Shown one piece after another: positions 37,621 through 47,305 of a stretch of DNA of 64,000 bases. A program made the position numbers and the translations under genes. Origin of the DNA: an uncultured Chloroflexia bacterium (GTDB lineage Bacteria; Chloroflexota; Limnocylindria; Limnocylindrales; CSP1-4); contig CAWHDR010000001.1 of NCBI GenBank assembly GCA_963828165.1, forward strand, positions 832,001-896,000. The letters are read 5' to 3'. The stretch's first letter is position 1. Every line of letters begins with the position of its first letter. The notes under the pieces are model-generated. The model was not told where the DNA came from. It ran no database searches and saw only the letters and a program-made list of their open reading frames with translations.

Positions 37621-38393
37621 GCGCTCGCCAGGGGTCGGCCCCGGACGCGCGACACGATGAGCTCAGGCACGGTCGGCGCCTCCCCGTCGACCGCCCTGGC
37701 GGGGAAATCGAAGACCCCGATGAACAGCTGCAGCGGGTAATCCGGCGCCTGCCCCAGCTGCCGGACCACGCGGCCGTCGATCGTGAACGCCACCGAACCC
37801 GGGCGCCAGTCGACCCCGTACGTATGAAACGCGGCGACGTCCACGTCGAACCGCTCGGCGGCCCACTCCTCGCGCAGAGCGGGGTCCCGGAACTGATGGA
37901 CGCCCATGCCGACTTCGACCGAGCCGTCCCGCACGGACGCGCCGAAGATCTCGGCCACGCAGATCTCGCCGGAGCGCTCGGGGCGGTCCTCGATCCCGCT
38001 CATCCAGAACGCCACCATCGAGCGGCTCGTCACGACGCCTCGCATCCGGACCTCGATCTGACCGTACAGCGGTGTGTAGCCCCACATCGGCGGCTGCTCT
38101 TCACGGACCAGCAGCCCCGTGCGGAACGGCAGCGGCCCGATGGCCGAGCCGGCCGGACCGGACCAGTTCGCGCTCTGGATGCATGAGACCCGCAGCGGCT
38201 CCTCGTGCAGGTCGGCGCACCAGAGCGGCTGATCGGCCGGGATCGACAGGTGCAGCTCGCCACCGCGAACGGCGTAGGAAGCGACTGCCTCGGCGCGCGA
38301 GCTCCAATGCGGGAGGTAGTACGGGGACCACACCCCGAGGTCGAGGTCGTCACCCGGGAAACGCTCGTCGAGATCGGCGCGGTCGGCAGGCAC
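37617..38393 (-). CDS. Glycoside hydrolase family 16-like protein
   Basis: YGQIEVR, AFWM, EICVAE, FHTYGVDW and FTIDG. Confidence 0.75.
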   Translation of the reverse strand: MPADRADLDERFPGDDLDLGVWSPYYLPHWSSRAEAVASYAVRGGELHLSIPADQPLWCADLHEEPLRVSCIQSANWSGPAGSAIGPLPFRTGLLVREEQPPMWGYTPLYGQIEVRMRGVVTSRSMVAFWMSGIEDRPERSGEICVAEIFGASVRDGSVEVGMGVHQFRDPALREEWAAERFDVDVAAFHTYGVDWRPGSVAFTIDGRVVRQLGQAPDYPLQLFIGVFDFPARAVDGEAPTVPELIVSRVRGRPLASA

Positions 38394-38399
38394 GCCTGA

Positions 38400-39191
38400 C
38401 TACTCCGGTTCGGCCGCCGGGTCGGTGTCCGCCTGGACGCTCGGGCCCTCGTCCTCGTCGTCGTCGATGACGATCGCGCGCAGGGATTCGGCGGCCACGA
38501 CGCCGATCGCCGCGCCTTCCTCCGCCGCCCAGGCGCGAACGCGTTTCTCCAACCCTTCGGGATCGCGGATCTGGCTGCGGTGCTCGGCCAGCGCAGCGAG
38601 CTTGCGATCGAGTGTCGTGCCGATATCGACCCACGCGTTGGCATGGTTCGACCAGAACAGGTACAGCCGGCGCACGACGTGCGCGGCCAGACCCGATCGT
38701 GCCAACGAGGGGAAGGCCATCGGGTTGCGTGCGGCCGGGTAGACGGCGTCGACGGCCGCCAGACCGGCCGCCCGGTGGTCCGTGTGGTTGACGCCACCAT
38801 CGCCGTGGAACAACGTCTCGGGATCGGTGGCGAGCACGGCATCGGGGCGGAACGTGCGGATCTCCCGGACCAGGAGCTCGCGGAGGGCGAGGTCGTTGGC
38901 GAGGGCGCCATCGGGCTGGTGCAGGAAGCTGACGCCCGCATACCCGGTCACGGCGGCCGCGGATCGTTGCTCGATCTCGCGGAGCGCGGCAAGCTCGAGC
39001 GGATCGGCGTCCGGATCCTCGCCACCCTGGTCGCCGCTCGTGCAGCACACCAGCCAGCCCACCGACCCCTCGTCGATCCAGCGAGCGGCTGTGCCGGACG
39101 GCCCGAACTCGGCGTCGTCGGGATGCGCGGCGATGAGCATGAACCGGGACGGGCGCCAGACATGGTCGGTGCGGGGCTCGGGCGTGGTCAC
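38400..39191 (-). CDS. PIG-L family deacetylase
   Basis: AHPDDAE, TSGDQG, HTDH and HRSQ. Confidence 0.9.
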   Translation of the reverse strand: MTTPEPRTDHVWRPSRFMLIAAHPDDAEFGPSGTAARWIDEGSVGWLVCCTSGDQGGEDPDADPLELAALREIEQRSAAAVTGYAGVSFLHQPDGALANDLALRELLVREIRTFRPDAVLATDPETLFHGDGGVNHTDHRAAGLAAVDAVYPAARNPMAFPSLARSGLAAHVVRRLYLFWSNHANAWVDIGTTLDRKLAALAEHRSQIRDPEGLEKRVRAWAAEEGAAIGVVAAESLRAIVIDDDEDEGPSVQADTDPAAEPE

Positions 39192-39244
39192 GGCGGGCAG
39201 CGGCCCGTCGCCACGGCGTGAGATTCGCGTTGCGATGGCCTGAC

Positions 39245-39301
39245 CCTCGGCGTACTGTTCCAGCCGAGGCTTCGCTCGTCTCCCCCCACGAGCGAAGCCT
39301 C
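39245..39301. repeat. Two overlapping intergenic hairpins
   Basis: CCTCGGC-N11-GCCGAGG and a perfect 14-bp GAGGCTTCGCTCGT-N8-ACGAGCGAAGCCTC sharing GAGG. Confidence 0.65.
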
Positions 39302-39327
39302 ACGTCGCGCTTCGGGGGGTCGCCGGG

Positions 39328-39810
39328 TCATGCCGCCGGTGTCTGGAGCTCGTCGAGCGCGGTGAGGACCTGGGCGGCGTGGCCTTCTGCCTTGACCTTC
39401 GGCCAGACGCGCGCGATCCGGCCCTCGGGATCGATCAGGAACGTGGCGCGGGCCGTTCCCCAGTACGTCTTCCCATAGTTGTGCTTCTCGACCCACGTGC
39501 CGTACGTGTCCGCGACCGCATGGTCCTCGTCCGCGAGCAACGTGAACGGAAGCCCGAACTTCTCGCTGAACGCGCGCTTGCTGGCCACGCCCTGGGGGCT
39601 GACGCCCCACACGTCGGCGCCGCGCTCAGCGATGGTCTCGTTCGCGTCGCGAAACTCGCAGGCCTCGATGGTGCAGCCCGTCGTGTCGTCCGTCGGGTAG
39701 AAGTACAGGATGGTCCAACGTCCGCGCTGATCCGCGAGCTCATGGATGGTGCCCGTGGCATCGGGCAGGGCGAACGACGGGGCCGCGTCGCCGACCTTTG
39801 GCTGCTCCAT
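39328..39810 (-). CDS. bcp: Peroxiredoxin Bcp/PrxQ
   Basis: YFYPTDDTTGCTIEACEFRD and RATFLIDPEG. Confidence 0.92.
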   Translation of the reverse strand: MEQPKVGDAAPSFALPDATGTIHELADQRGRWTILYFYPTDDTTGCTIEACEFRDANETIAERGADVWGVSPQGVASKRAFSEKFGLPFTLLADEDHAVADTYGTWVEKHNYGKTYWGTARATFLIDPEGRIARVWPKVKAEGHAAQVLTALDELQTPAA

Positions 39811-39812
39811 GT

Positions 39813-40493
39813 TCAGAGCGTAGCAGGGGTCTCGATGACGAGGAGCTGGCCGCGACGCAGGTCGACGGCGGCGTCGGGCGAGTCGCGGACGTTCGAGAGG
39901 CCGCGCGTCCGGCCCGCCAGGAGCGGCTCGTCATCCAGGCGGTAGGCGAGGCCGTGCGTGGTGATCCCGACCGCATCGGCACCGAGCGGCAAGAGCGACA
40001 CGAGATCGCCGACGCGACCGGCCAGATCGAGGCGCGCGGGCCCGCCGTCGGGACCCGGTGCGAGCAACCGCCGGACGCGGGCGTCGACGGCCAGGAGGTG
40101 CACGCCGAGGGGCTCGAGCTCGGGCATCGACAGCAGCCCCAGGTTGGCCAGCGCGTGATCTACGCGCGGCCCTCCGAGCGCGCCGAGCACGGTGAGCTGG
40201 GATGCGCCCATCGCGCGCGCGGCGAGCACCGCAAGCTCAGTGTCGGATTCGTCCTTGTCCGGCCGCGCACGCTCGACCGGCACGCCGGCCGCTGCAAGGG
40301 CTTCGATGCCGGGCTCGCCGAGCGAGTCCCCATCTCCGACCCAGCGGTCGATGGAGAGCCCGAGTGGCTCGGCATGACGCGCGCCACCGTCCGCCGCGAC
40401 GACTCGCGCCCCGGGCTCCAGCCAGCCCGGCCACGCCGCGTCGAGGGCGGCTCGCGGTCCCACCTGCCCATCGGCAAGGACGATCACCTGCAT
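39813..40493 (-). CDS. thiN: Thiamine diphosphokinase
   Basis: AADGGA, VGDGDS, KDESD, GGPRVDH, GLAY and GLSN. Confidence 0.9.
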   Translation of the reverse strand: MQVIVLADGQVGPRAALDAAWPGWLEPGARVVAADGGARHAEPLGLSIDRWVGDGDSLGEPGIEALAAAGVPVERARPDKDESDTELAVLAARAMGASQLTVLGALGGPRVDHALANLGLLSMPELEPLGVHLLAVDARVRRLLAPGPDGGPARLDLAGRVGDLVSLLPLGADAVGITTHGLAYRLDDEPLLAGRTRGLSNVRDSPDAAVDLRRGQLLVIETPATL

Positions 40494-40542
40494 GGCCAGA
40501 TGCTAACGGCCGGCGGCCCACCAGCCGATGTAGACTCCGGCC

Positions 40543-41082
40543 GTGCCCGACGCGATCGACCACCCGGCTGTTCGCCGCGTCCTTGACGCGGCCGGTCGCA
40601 AGGGCGTGACGCTCGACGTCGTCGCCTTCGACGAGTCGACGCACACCGCCCAGGAGGCCGCGGCGGCCGTTGGCGCGGACCTCGGCCAGATCGTCAAGTC
40701 GCTGGTGTTCGTCGCTCCTCACGAGGACGGGACGCAGGAGCCGATCGTCTGCCTGGTCTCTGGCCGCAACCGCGTCGATGTCGCGCGCCTGGCCGCCGTC
40801 ACCGCGGAGCAGGAGATCCGCCGCGCCACGGCACGCGAAGCCTACGAGCTGACCGGCTTCAGCATCGGTGGCATCCCGCCGATCGGCTTCGAAGGATCGG
40901 TCCGGGTGATCATGGATCCGGACCTTGGCCGATACCAGACCGTCTGGGCCGCCGCCGGCCTTCCGACCGCCGTGTTCGAGGTGCCACCGGCGACGCTGCG
41001 AACCCTTGCGAATGCCACGGTGGCGCCGATCACCGAGATCCAGCGCGCCGCCGACGCCGCGCCGGCGCCGTCCGGAGCGTGA
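40543..41082 (+). CDS. YbaK/EbsC-family aminoacyl-tRNA editing protein
   Basis: THTAQEAA, QIVKSLVF, TGFSIGGIPP and WAAAG. Confidence 0.9.
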   Translation: MPDAIDHPAVRRVLDAAGRKGVTLDVVAFDESTHTAQEAAAAVGADLGQIVKSLVFVAPHEDGTQEPIVCLVSGRNRVDVARLAAVTAEQEIRRATAREAYELTGFSIGGIPPIGFEGSVRVIMDPDLGRYQTVWAAAGLPTAVFEVPPATLRTLANATVAPITEIQRAADAAPAPSGA

Positions 41083-41669
41083 CGGGCCCGACGCGAACGG
41101 TGGCCGAGCCGCGAAACGCGACCGTCACCTATCCCGGTGGCTTGCGCGCCCGGTGGCGGTGGGGGGGCAGCGGCCAGGGGGCGGCGGTCTTCGCGCTCAG
41201 CGAGGCGGGTGGGACGCTCGTCGACCTCGGCCCGCGGGTCAGCGCGGACCCCGATGCCCTGTGCCGGGCCGAGCTTCGGCTCGAAGGGCCGCGCGGGGCA
41301 TGGACGGCGCGCTTCGCCTCGACGATCCACGACGAACCTCGCGGGCTGTACTGGGACACGGCCGGGCTCCTGGTCGTGGCCTACGGCTTCCACACGTTCG
41401 GGCTGGATGCGGCCGCGGGCGACGCACGCTGGGACCACCGTTCGGCGACCCCGATCGTGGCCCTCCTCGGCTCGCCCCGCCTGGCCCACGTGATCGTCCA
41501 GGCCGAGATCGAGACGTTCGCCGTGGAAGCCGACGGCGAGGTCGCCTGGCGCGTCGCCCACAGCGACGTCGTCACCGCGGCGGAGCTCATCGGCGGGCGG
41601 CTGGTGCTGACCGGTTTCGACGGCCAGCTCAACGCCCTGGATCCCGTTACCGGCCGGTCGGCGAACTGA
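41079..41669 (+). CDS. Hypothetical protein with PQQ-like beta-propeller repeats
   Basis: LDAAAGDARW, EADGEVAW and ALDPVTG repeats. Confidence 0.55.
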   Translation: MTGPTRTVAEPRNATVTYPGGLRARWRWGGSGQGAAVFALSEAGGTLVDLGPRVSADPDALCRAELRLEGPRGAWTARFASTIHDEPRGLYWDTAGLLVVAYGFHTFGLDAAAGDARWDHRSATPIVALLGSPRLAHVIVQAEIETFAVEADGEVAWRVAHSDVVTAAELIGGRLVLTGFDGQLNALDPVTGRSAN

Positions 41670-41915
41670 CGATCGCCGGGCGGGCGGGTGTTTCCGGCAC
41701 GCGCGGCACGGTCGATGTGGACGACCGGTGGATAAGTCGCGGGTCGCGGATCGACATTGGTGGATGAGCCCCGTTGACCGCGTCGGGTCGCGGCCCGTAG
41801 CGTACCCATCAGCCCGGAGGGGCCGAACGATACTAACGGCGGCGATCGCATCAACGCCCACGTGTCGTGGAGGTTCCTACGGGCCCTTTCATGCCCGGCG
41901 CGTATCATCGCCGCC

Positions 41916-42812
41916 GTGGGTCCCCTCCTCTTCATCGTCCTGGGCATTGCCGCGCTCGGGGTCGGGGCGATGGTCCTGCGCAGCTTCGGCCCGCGGTTCC
42001 GCGTCGGGCGTCTCCTGGCAGCCACACCATCCGTCAGTGTCGCCGAGGCCCGCGACCTGGCGAGCGGTCCGGCTCGCTATGTGGCTATCCGGGGTCGGAT
42101 CGACGCGGAGGACGAGTTCGAAGACGACGCGCACCGGCCGCTGGTCCTCCGGCGGGCGAGGATCCAGCTCCGCACCGGCTCGGACTGGGTGACGGTCGAC
42201 GAGCACACCACGGCCGTCGCGTTCGAGGTGCGTGAAGGCCTCGACGCGATCGCCATCGATCACGACGCGCTGGATGCCGGGCTGGTCGTCGTCCCGCGCG
42301 AGTCCGTCGGAACCGCGGCGGACGCGCCGGACCGCGTTCCCCCCGGCACGGCGCCCGAAGTCCCGATGCGGCTGGTCGTGGAGCAGGTCTCCTCCGTGGA
42401 GCACGCGGTGGTCCTGGGTGTGCCGGTGGTTGCCGCCGACGACCTGCCCACCCGGATGACCGCCGGGCTCGGCCGGCCGCTGATCCTGACGACCCTGGAG
42501 CCCGCGGAGGCGATGCGCATCCTCGCCGCCGGCGGCCCACGCCGGCCGCTGGCCGCCGCCTTGGCCCTGGGCGTCGGTCTCGTATCGCTCACGATCGGCG
42601 TGGTCTGGGCCGTGCTCGGCGCGATGACTGCCACGGCGCTCGCCGCGTCGCCGGCCGCGAGCGCCGCCGGCGGCGACCCGCGGTCCAGCGGGCAGGGTCC
42701 GGGGCTCGTCGGTGAACCGCTCGCGGCGATCGCCCTGGTCGTGGCGATCGGCGTGGCGGCTGCCGTCGCGACCTTCGGATACGTCCGCCTCACGGGGGGT
42801 CGCCGCTCCTAG
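41916..42812 (+). CDS. Hypothetical membrane protein
   Basis: TATCAT 7 nt before GTG; one N-terminal and two C-terminal TM segments. Confidence 0.6.
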   Translation: MGPLLFIVLGIAALGVGAMVLRSFGPRFRVGRLLAATPSVSVAEARDLASGPARYVAIRGRIDAEDEFEDDAHRPLVLRRARIQLRTGSDWVTVDEHTTAVAFEVREGLDAIAIDHDALDAGLVVVPRESVGTAADAPDRVPPGTAPEVPMRLVVEQVSSVEHAVVLGVPVVAADDLPTRMTAGLGRPLILTTLEPAEAMRILAAGGPRRPLAAALALGVGLVSLTIGVVWAVLGAMTATALAASPAASAAGGDPRSSGQGPGLVGEPLAAIALVVAIGVAAAVATFGYVRLTGGRRS

Positions 42813-42873
42813 ATCGGCCGTCCTGAGGCCGTGTGGCTGCTCCGTGGCCTGGTGGGACCTTCGGGCTATTGGC

Positions 42874-42920
42874 AAGAACTGTGAGGTTGGTAGCCTCCGT
42901 TCGTGGACTCCACAGTTCTT
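42874..42920. promoter_or_regulatory. Inverted repeat upstream of the HTH-GAF-GGDEF gene
   Basis: AAGAACTGTG-N27-CACAGTTCTT, AT-rich relative to background, ending 11 nt before the ATG. Confidence 0.6.
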
Positions 42921-42931
42921 ACAGGTCATCG

Positions 42932-45886
42932 ATGATGGCGCAGCTGCCTCCCAGACCCACAGACGCGACGCTGTCGGTCACCAAAGCCGCGCGGCTTCTG
43001 GGCGTGCACCCGAACACGGTCCGGACATGGAGCGACGCGGGTCGCCTGCGCTACTACCGGATCAACGCCCGCGGCGATCGACGCTATCGCCTTGGGGACC
43101 TCCAGCGCTTCCTCGCGGCCGCGGAAAGCGTCGCGACGGACGGCCCCGGTGGCAGCGCTGCCGCCCGCCGGCATCACGATCAAGGGCTCTCGGGACATGC
43201 CGGTGGTGCCCGCGCTTCGATCGCGACCTTCGGCGGCCCGACCGATGCCGTGGACCCCCTCGGCGCGGAGCGCCACCGTCGCCACCTCGCCCTGCTCGAC
43301 CACATCGCCCGCCTGACCGTCGTCGGCAGCGACCTCGATGACGACCTGATGCGGATCGCCCAGGAGATCCGCGCCGCGACCGAGCTGGCGCTCGTCGCGC
43401 TCTGGGAGCTGCGCGGCGACCGCCTGACACCCCGAGCCGCGGCCGTACCAGCGGGCGCGGTCACGCCTCGCCTGCTGGATCTGCCGCGGGGCTTCGGTGT
43501 CCTCGGACGGGCCCTCGATTCGGTCCCGACTTCGCGAGCCAGGACGGACGACGAGCCATCACCAGGTGCCGTGGCCGTGCTCGGTTCGGCCCTCGATCGA
43601 GTGACGTCGACGGTCCTTCCCGGGGCCCACAGCGAGCTTGCCGTGGCCATTCCCGGCCCGAACGGCACCTGGGGCGTCCTGTTGATGGTCGCGGATGGCA
43701 CGGATGGCGGAGACGGGGTCGGCACCACCGATCCGGACCTGGCAGCAGCCCTCGCCGATGCGATCGGGACCGTCGTCAGGGTCGCCCGTCGCGAGGAGGA
43801 GGTCGCCCACCTTCTGCATCGGGCCGAGGCCTTGCGTCGCGTCGCCGGCGACATCGGCAGCCGGCTCGATCTCGACCGGATCCTCACCGGCCTCGTCGAT
43901 CACGCCATGGTCCTCTTCGAGGCCGACCGCGCGGCCGTCTTCATGCGCCGCCCGGACGGCACCGACGTCGCCGAGGTGAGCCGCAACCTCTCGACTGGCT
44001 ACCTCAACTTGATGCGGGCGGCCCAGAGCCGATCGCTACCGGCAGCAGCCATCGCCGCACGCCGACCCCTGTTCTCGGTCAATTATCGCGACGACCCCCG
44101 CGGTGCAGATGCGCGCGCAGCCGTGGTGCAGGAGGGCTACGACACCCTTTGCACGGCGCCCCTCATGGACGGCACGGACCTGCTCGGATTGCTGAACGTC
44201 TACCACGACACGCCGCACGCCTGGACGCCCGACGAGCTCGAGACCATCGCCTCGCTCGCGACGCAGGCCAGCGTCGCGATCCGGACCGCCCAGAACTTCC
44301 AGCAGATGGCTACCTGGACCGCGCAGCTGCAGTCGATCCAGCAGCTCGGAGCGCGGCTCAACCACCTCTCGAACGTCAATCACATCGGCGTGGCCATCGC
44401 GACGGAGCTACGCCAGCTGATCGACTTCCACAACGTCCGCGTCTACCGGGTCCAGGGCACCGACCTCGTGCCCGTCGCGATGCAGGGCCAGGTCGGCGAG
44501 TACGTCGACGAGACGCCCGACCAGCTCCGCGTCGCGATCGGCGAGGGCATCACCGGATGGGTCGCCGAGAAGCGGGTCGCCCAGTACCTCCCGAACGCCG
44601 CAGCGGATCCGCGTGCGAACACGATCCCCGGGACCGAGGACGACCTCGACGAATCGATGCTGCTCGCACCGATGCTCTTCGACGACCAAGTGCTCGGGGT
44701 GCTGGTCCTCTCCAAGCTCGGGCTGCACCAGTTCAGCGACGACGACTTGCGTCTGCTCGTCATCTACGCGAGCTTCGCCGCCCAGGCGATGGCCAATGCC
44801 GACACCACGCAACGATTGCGCGAACAGTCGACGACGCTCGAGCGCCAGCTCCGCAGCCAGCGCGAGCTGCTGCAGATCACGGAAGCGATCCTCACGACGC
44901 TCGATGGCCGAGCCGTACTCGAGGGCATCACCGATCGCCTCGGCGGCCTGATCGCCTACGACAACGTCGCGATCGAAGTCGTGGACCCCTCGACCGGGCG
45001 GCTCACGCCGCTGACCGCTCGCGGCATCCACGCGGCCGCCTACCTCGAGCCATGGGAGCCCGGCGAGACGGGCGTCGCCACCTGGGTCGTGGAGCACAAC
45101 GAGCCCGTCTACGTCGAGGACGAGACGACCGATACACGGGTCAACCACTTCCGCGGCGAGGACTCCGCGGCCGGCAGCCTCATCGTGGTCCCGCTGCGCG
45201 GGCGGATGGGCGCGATCGGGGTCATGACGATCGAGCGGCTGGGGGCGGGCAACACCTTCGAGCCCGAGGAGTTCGACCTCGTCAAGCTGTTCGCCGGGCA
45301 GGTGTCGATCGCGCTCCAGAACGCCGAGGTGTTCCGAGCCGTCGAGATCCGGGCGCAGACCGACGACCTGACGGGTCTTCTCAACCACGGGACGTTCATG
45401 GACTACCTGAATGGGCTCGTCCGAGAGGGCTCGCCGTTCGGGCTGATCATGCTGGACCTCGACGACTTCCGGGAGATCAACAACACCGGCGGCCATCAAG
45501 CGGGTGACCAGGCGCTGCGCCGGATCGCCGCGTCGCTCGTCCGTGCCGGCCGTGACACGGACCGGGTCTTCCGCTACGGCGGCGACGAGTTCGCCTTCAT
45601 CCTTCCGCTCTCCGACCCGCTGGGGGCGCAGCAGGTCGCCGAGCGCGCGCGTGCTGCCGTGAAAGGACTCGGCGGCCCTGTCAGCGCGTCCATCGGTGTC
45701 GCAAGCTTCCCGGCAGACGGCGCGACCACGGCGGAGGTGCTGCTCGCGGCCGACCGCGCGTGCTTCGTGGCCAAGCGCAACGGTCGCGATCGGGTCGCGA
45801 CGGCGGCCGAGGGCCTCGCGCTCGCGGCGGAGTTCCGGCTCCAGGATCCGACGCCGGTCGACTCCGAGACCGCAGCGGCCAGCTGA
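42932..45886 (+). CDS. Diguanylate cyclase with an N-terminal excisionase/BldC-like HTH and about 4 GAF domains
   Basis: LSVTKAARLLGVHPNTVRTWSDAG...GDRRY, repeated GAF domains, DDLTGLLN, RDTD I-site and RYGGDEF. Confidence 0.9.
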   Translation: MMAQLPPRPTDATLSVTKAARLLGVHPNTVRTWSDAGRLRYYRINARGDRRYRLGDLQRFLAAAESVATDGPGGSAAARRHHDQGLSGHAGGARASIATFGGPTDAVDPLGAERHRRHLALLDHIARLTVVGSDLDDDLMRIAQEIRAATELALVALWELRGDRLTPRAAAVPAGAVTPRLLDLPRGFGVLGRALDSVPTSRARTDDEPSPGAVAVLGSALDRVTSTVLPGAHSELAVAIPGPNGTWGVLLMVADGTDGGDGVGTTDPDLAAALADAIGTVVRVARREEEVAHLLHRAEALRRVAGDIGSRLDLDRILTGLVDHAMVLFEADRAAVFMRRPDGTDVAEVSRNLSTGYLNLMRAAQSRSLPAAAIAARRPLFSVNYRDDPRGADARAAVVQEGYDTLCTAPLMDGTDLLGLLNVYHDTPHAWTPDELETIASLATQASVAIRTAQNFQQMATWTAQLQSIQQLGARLNHLSNVNHIGVAIATELRQLIDFHNVRVYRVQGTDLVPVAMQGQVGEYVDETPDQLRVAIGEGITGWVAEKRVAQYLPNAAADPRANTIPGTEDDLDESMLLAPMLFDDQVLGVLVLSKLGLHQFSDDDLRLLVIYASFAAQAMANADTTQRLREQSTTLERQLRSQRELLQITEAILTTLDGRAVLEGITDRLGGLIAYDNVAIEVVDPSTGRLTPLTARGIHAAAYLEPWEPGETGVATWVVEHNEPVYVEDETTDTRVNHFRGEDSAAGSLIVVPLRGRMGAIGVMTIERLGAGNTFEPEEFDLVKLFAGQVSIALQNAEVFRAVEIRAQTDDLTGLLNHGTFMDYLNGLVREGSPFGLIMLDLDDFREINNTGGHQAGDQALRRIAASLVRAGRDTDRVFRYGGDEFAFILPLSDPLGAQQVAERARAAVKGLGGPVSASIGVASFPADGATTAEVLLAADRACFVAKRNGRDRVATAAEGLALAAEFRLQDPTPVDSETAAAS

Positions 45887-45960
45887 GGCTCCGGATCGAC
45901 CGGGTGGGCGCCTTCCACCACGCGGGCGCATCCGGCAGATCTGCGGGACGATGGTTCCAG

Positions 45961-46395
45961 ATGAGCGATCAGCGCCGTGGTCCTGCCGCTCCGGCCATCG
46001 CGTTCGCGATCACGCTGGCGCTCGTCGGCGCGTGCGTGCCCTCGCCGGTCGGGCGGGCGACGGGCAGCCCGCCCACGAACAGCCCGCCCGCCACCCCGGC
46101 GCTGACCCCGTCGCCCGTGCCAAGCGGGCCCACCCCGTCGCCATCGTTCGTGCGCCCGACACCGACCCCGCTGCCGACGTTCCTCGTCTACGTCGTGCGA
46201 CCCGGCGACACGCTGACCTCCATCGCCAGGGCGCACCGGACGACGGCGCGAAGCATCGCCTTCTGGAACCGGACCACCCATCCATCGTTGGATCCGGATT
46301 CGCCGGATTACGACCCCGACCGGATCGAGGTCGCCTGGATCCTGCTGCTGGTCCCCGACACCGAGATCGACGAGGACGAGACCTTCCCGGAGTAG
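45961..46395 (+). CDS. LysM-domain lipoprotein
   Basis: Lipobox VGAC, P/T/S linker and YVVRPGDTLTSIA. Confidence 0.8.
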   Translation: MSDQRRGPAAPAIAFAITLALVGACVPSPVGRATGSPPTNSPPATPALTPSPVPSGPTPSPSFVRPTPTPLPTFLVYVVRPGDTLTSIARAHRTTARSIAFWNRTTHPSLDPDSPDYDPDRIEVAWILLLVPDTEIDEDETFPE

Positions 46396-46426
46396 CGCGG
46401 ATCAGCCGTCAGCGGTGTTCGGCCGG

Positions 46427-47284
46427 TCACCGGCGCGCGATGTCGATGAGGAACTGCGGTGTCCACAGCTCGTCGCTCGTACCCAGGAATCCACCGAGCG
46501 TGGCGGCCACCAGCAGCGCCACGAAGAAGCCCAGCACGAGCCAATCGTCGCGGTCGTAGACGAGCAGCCGGAGCCACGTTCGTCGGCCCGTCCCGAATCC
46601 GCGCAGGTCCATGGCGTCGATCGTGTCCTCGGCCCCGGCGATCGCGTTCACGACGGTCGGCACGAGGACCGGCGTCGAGCGGCGAACGCGGGTGAGGAAG
46701 CCGGTGGCCCCGGCCGACCAGTCGAACCCACGGATCCGTTGTGCATCGACCGTCGACTGGAAGTCGGCGGCCAGTGACGGGAGGAACCGGAAGGTGAGGT
46801 CGATGCCGAAAGCGAACTTCTCGGGGACGCCCAGTCGCCGAAAGGCGACGCCGAAATCGGACGGGGCGATGGCGAATGCGACGGGAAAACCGATCGTGGC
46901 CATCGCGAGATAGCGCAGGAACTGTGTCACCGCCAGGCTGACCGACTGGGCGGAGATCGGCGTGCCGAGCAACGGGAAGTAGAACAGGACGTCCGGCTCC
47001 CCTTCCGGCATCGCCTCGACATTGCCGCCCGCGACCAGCATGTTCACGCCGACCAGCAAGCCGATGAACAGGAACACCACGGTCCAATTGCGCCGGATCT
47101 GCGACCACGGGATCGCCGCGGTGCGGTAGTAGATCACCGAGATGATCAGCAGGCCGAAGACGAGGCGGGCGTCCCAGATCTGCAGGACCGCGAAGATGAA
47201 GAAGAAGACCGCGAGGATGAGGACACGGGGATCGCGGCGGGCGAGCCACGATCCCCGTCCCAGATAGCGCGGGGCGATATTCAT
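46427..47284 (-). CDS. ecfT: ECF transporter transmembrane T component
   Basis: DPRV, RFLP, AQRIRG and AMDLRGF. Confidence 0.92.
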   Translation of the reverse strand: MNIAPRYLGRGSWLARRDPRVLILAVFFFIFAVLQIWDARLVFGLLIISVIYYRTAAIPWSQIRRNWTVVFLFIGLLVGVNMLVAGGNVEAMPEGEPDVLFYFPLLGTPISAQSVSLAVTQFLRYLAMATIGFPVAFAIAPSDFGVAFRRLGVPEKFAFGIDLTFRFLPSLAADFQSTVDAQRIRGFDWSAGATGFLTRVRRSTPVLVPTVVNAIAGAEDTIDAMDLRGFGTGRRTWLRLLVYDRDDWLVLGFFVALLVAATLGGFLGTSDELWTPQFLIDIARR

Positions 47285-47305
47285 GGGTGCCCCGGGACCC
47301 CGAGC

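Noticed and set aside
39200-39325. TPP riboswitch near thiN
   Set aside because: The CUGAGA and other TPP core motifs are absent, and the position is downstream of thiN-bcp.
41716-41767. oriC
   Set aside because: Only three imperfect boxes, no AT-rich unwinding element and no dnaA/dnaN nearby.
42840-42930. c-di-GMP riboswitch upstream of the diguanylate cyclase
   Set aside because: It lacks the GEMM two-hairpin GNRA/receptor layout; an operator-like inverted repeat fits better.
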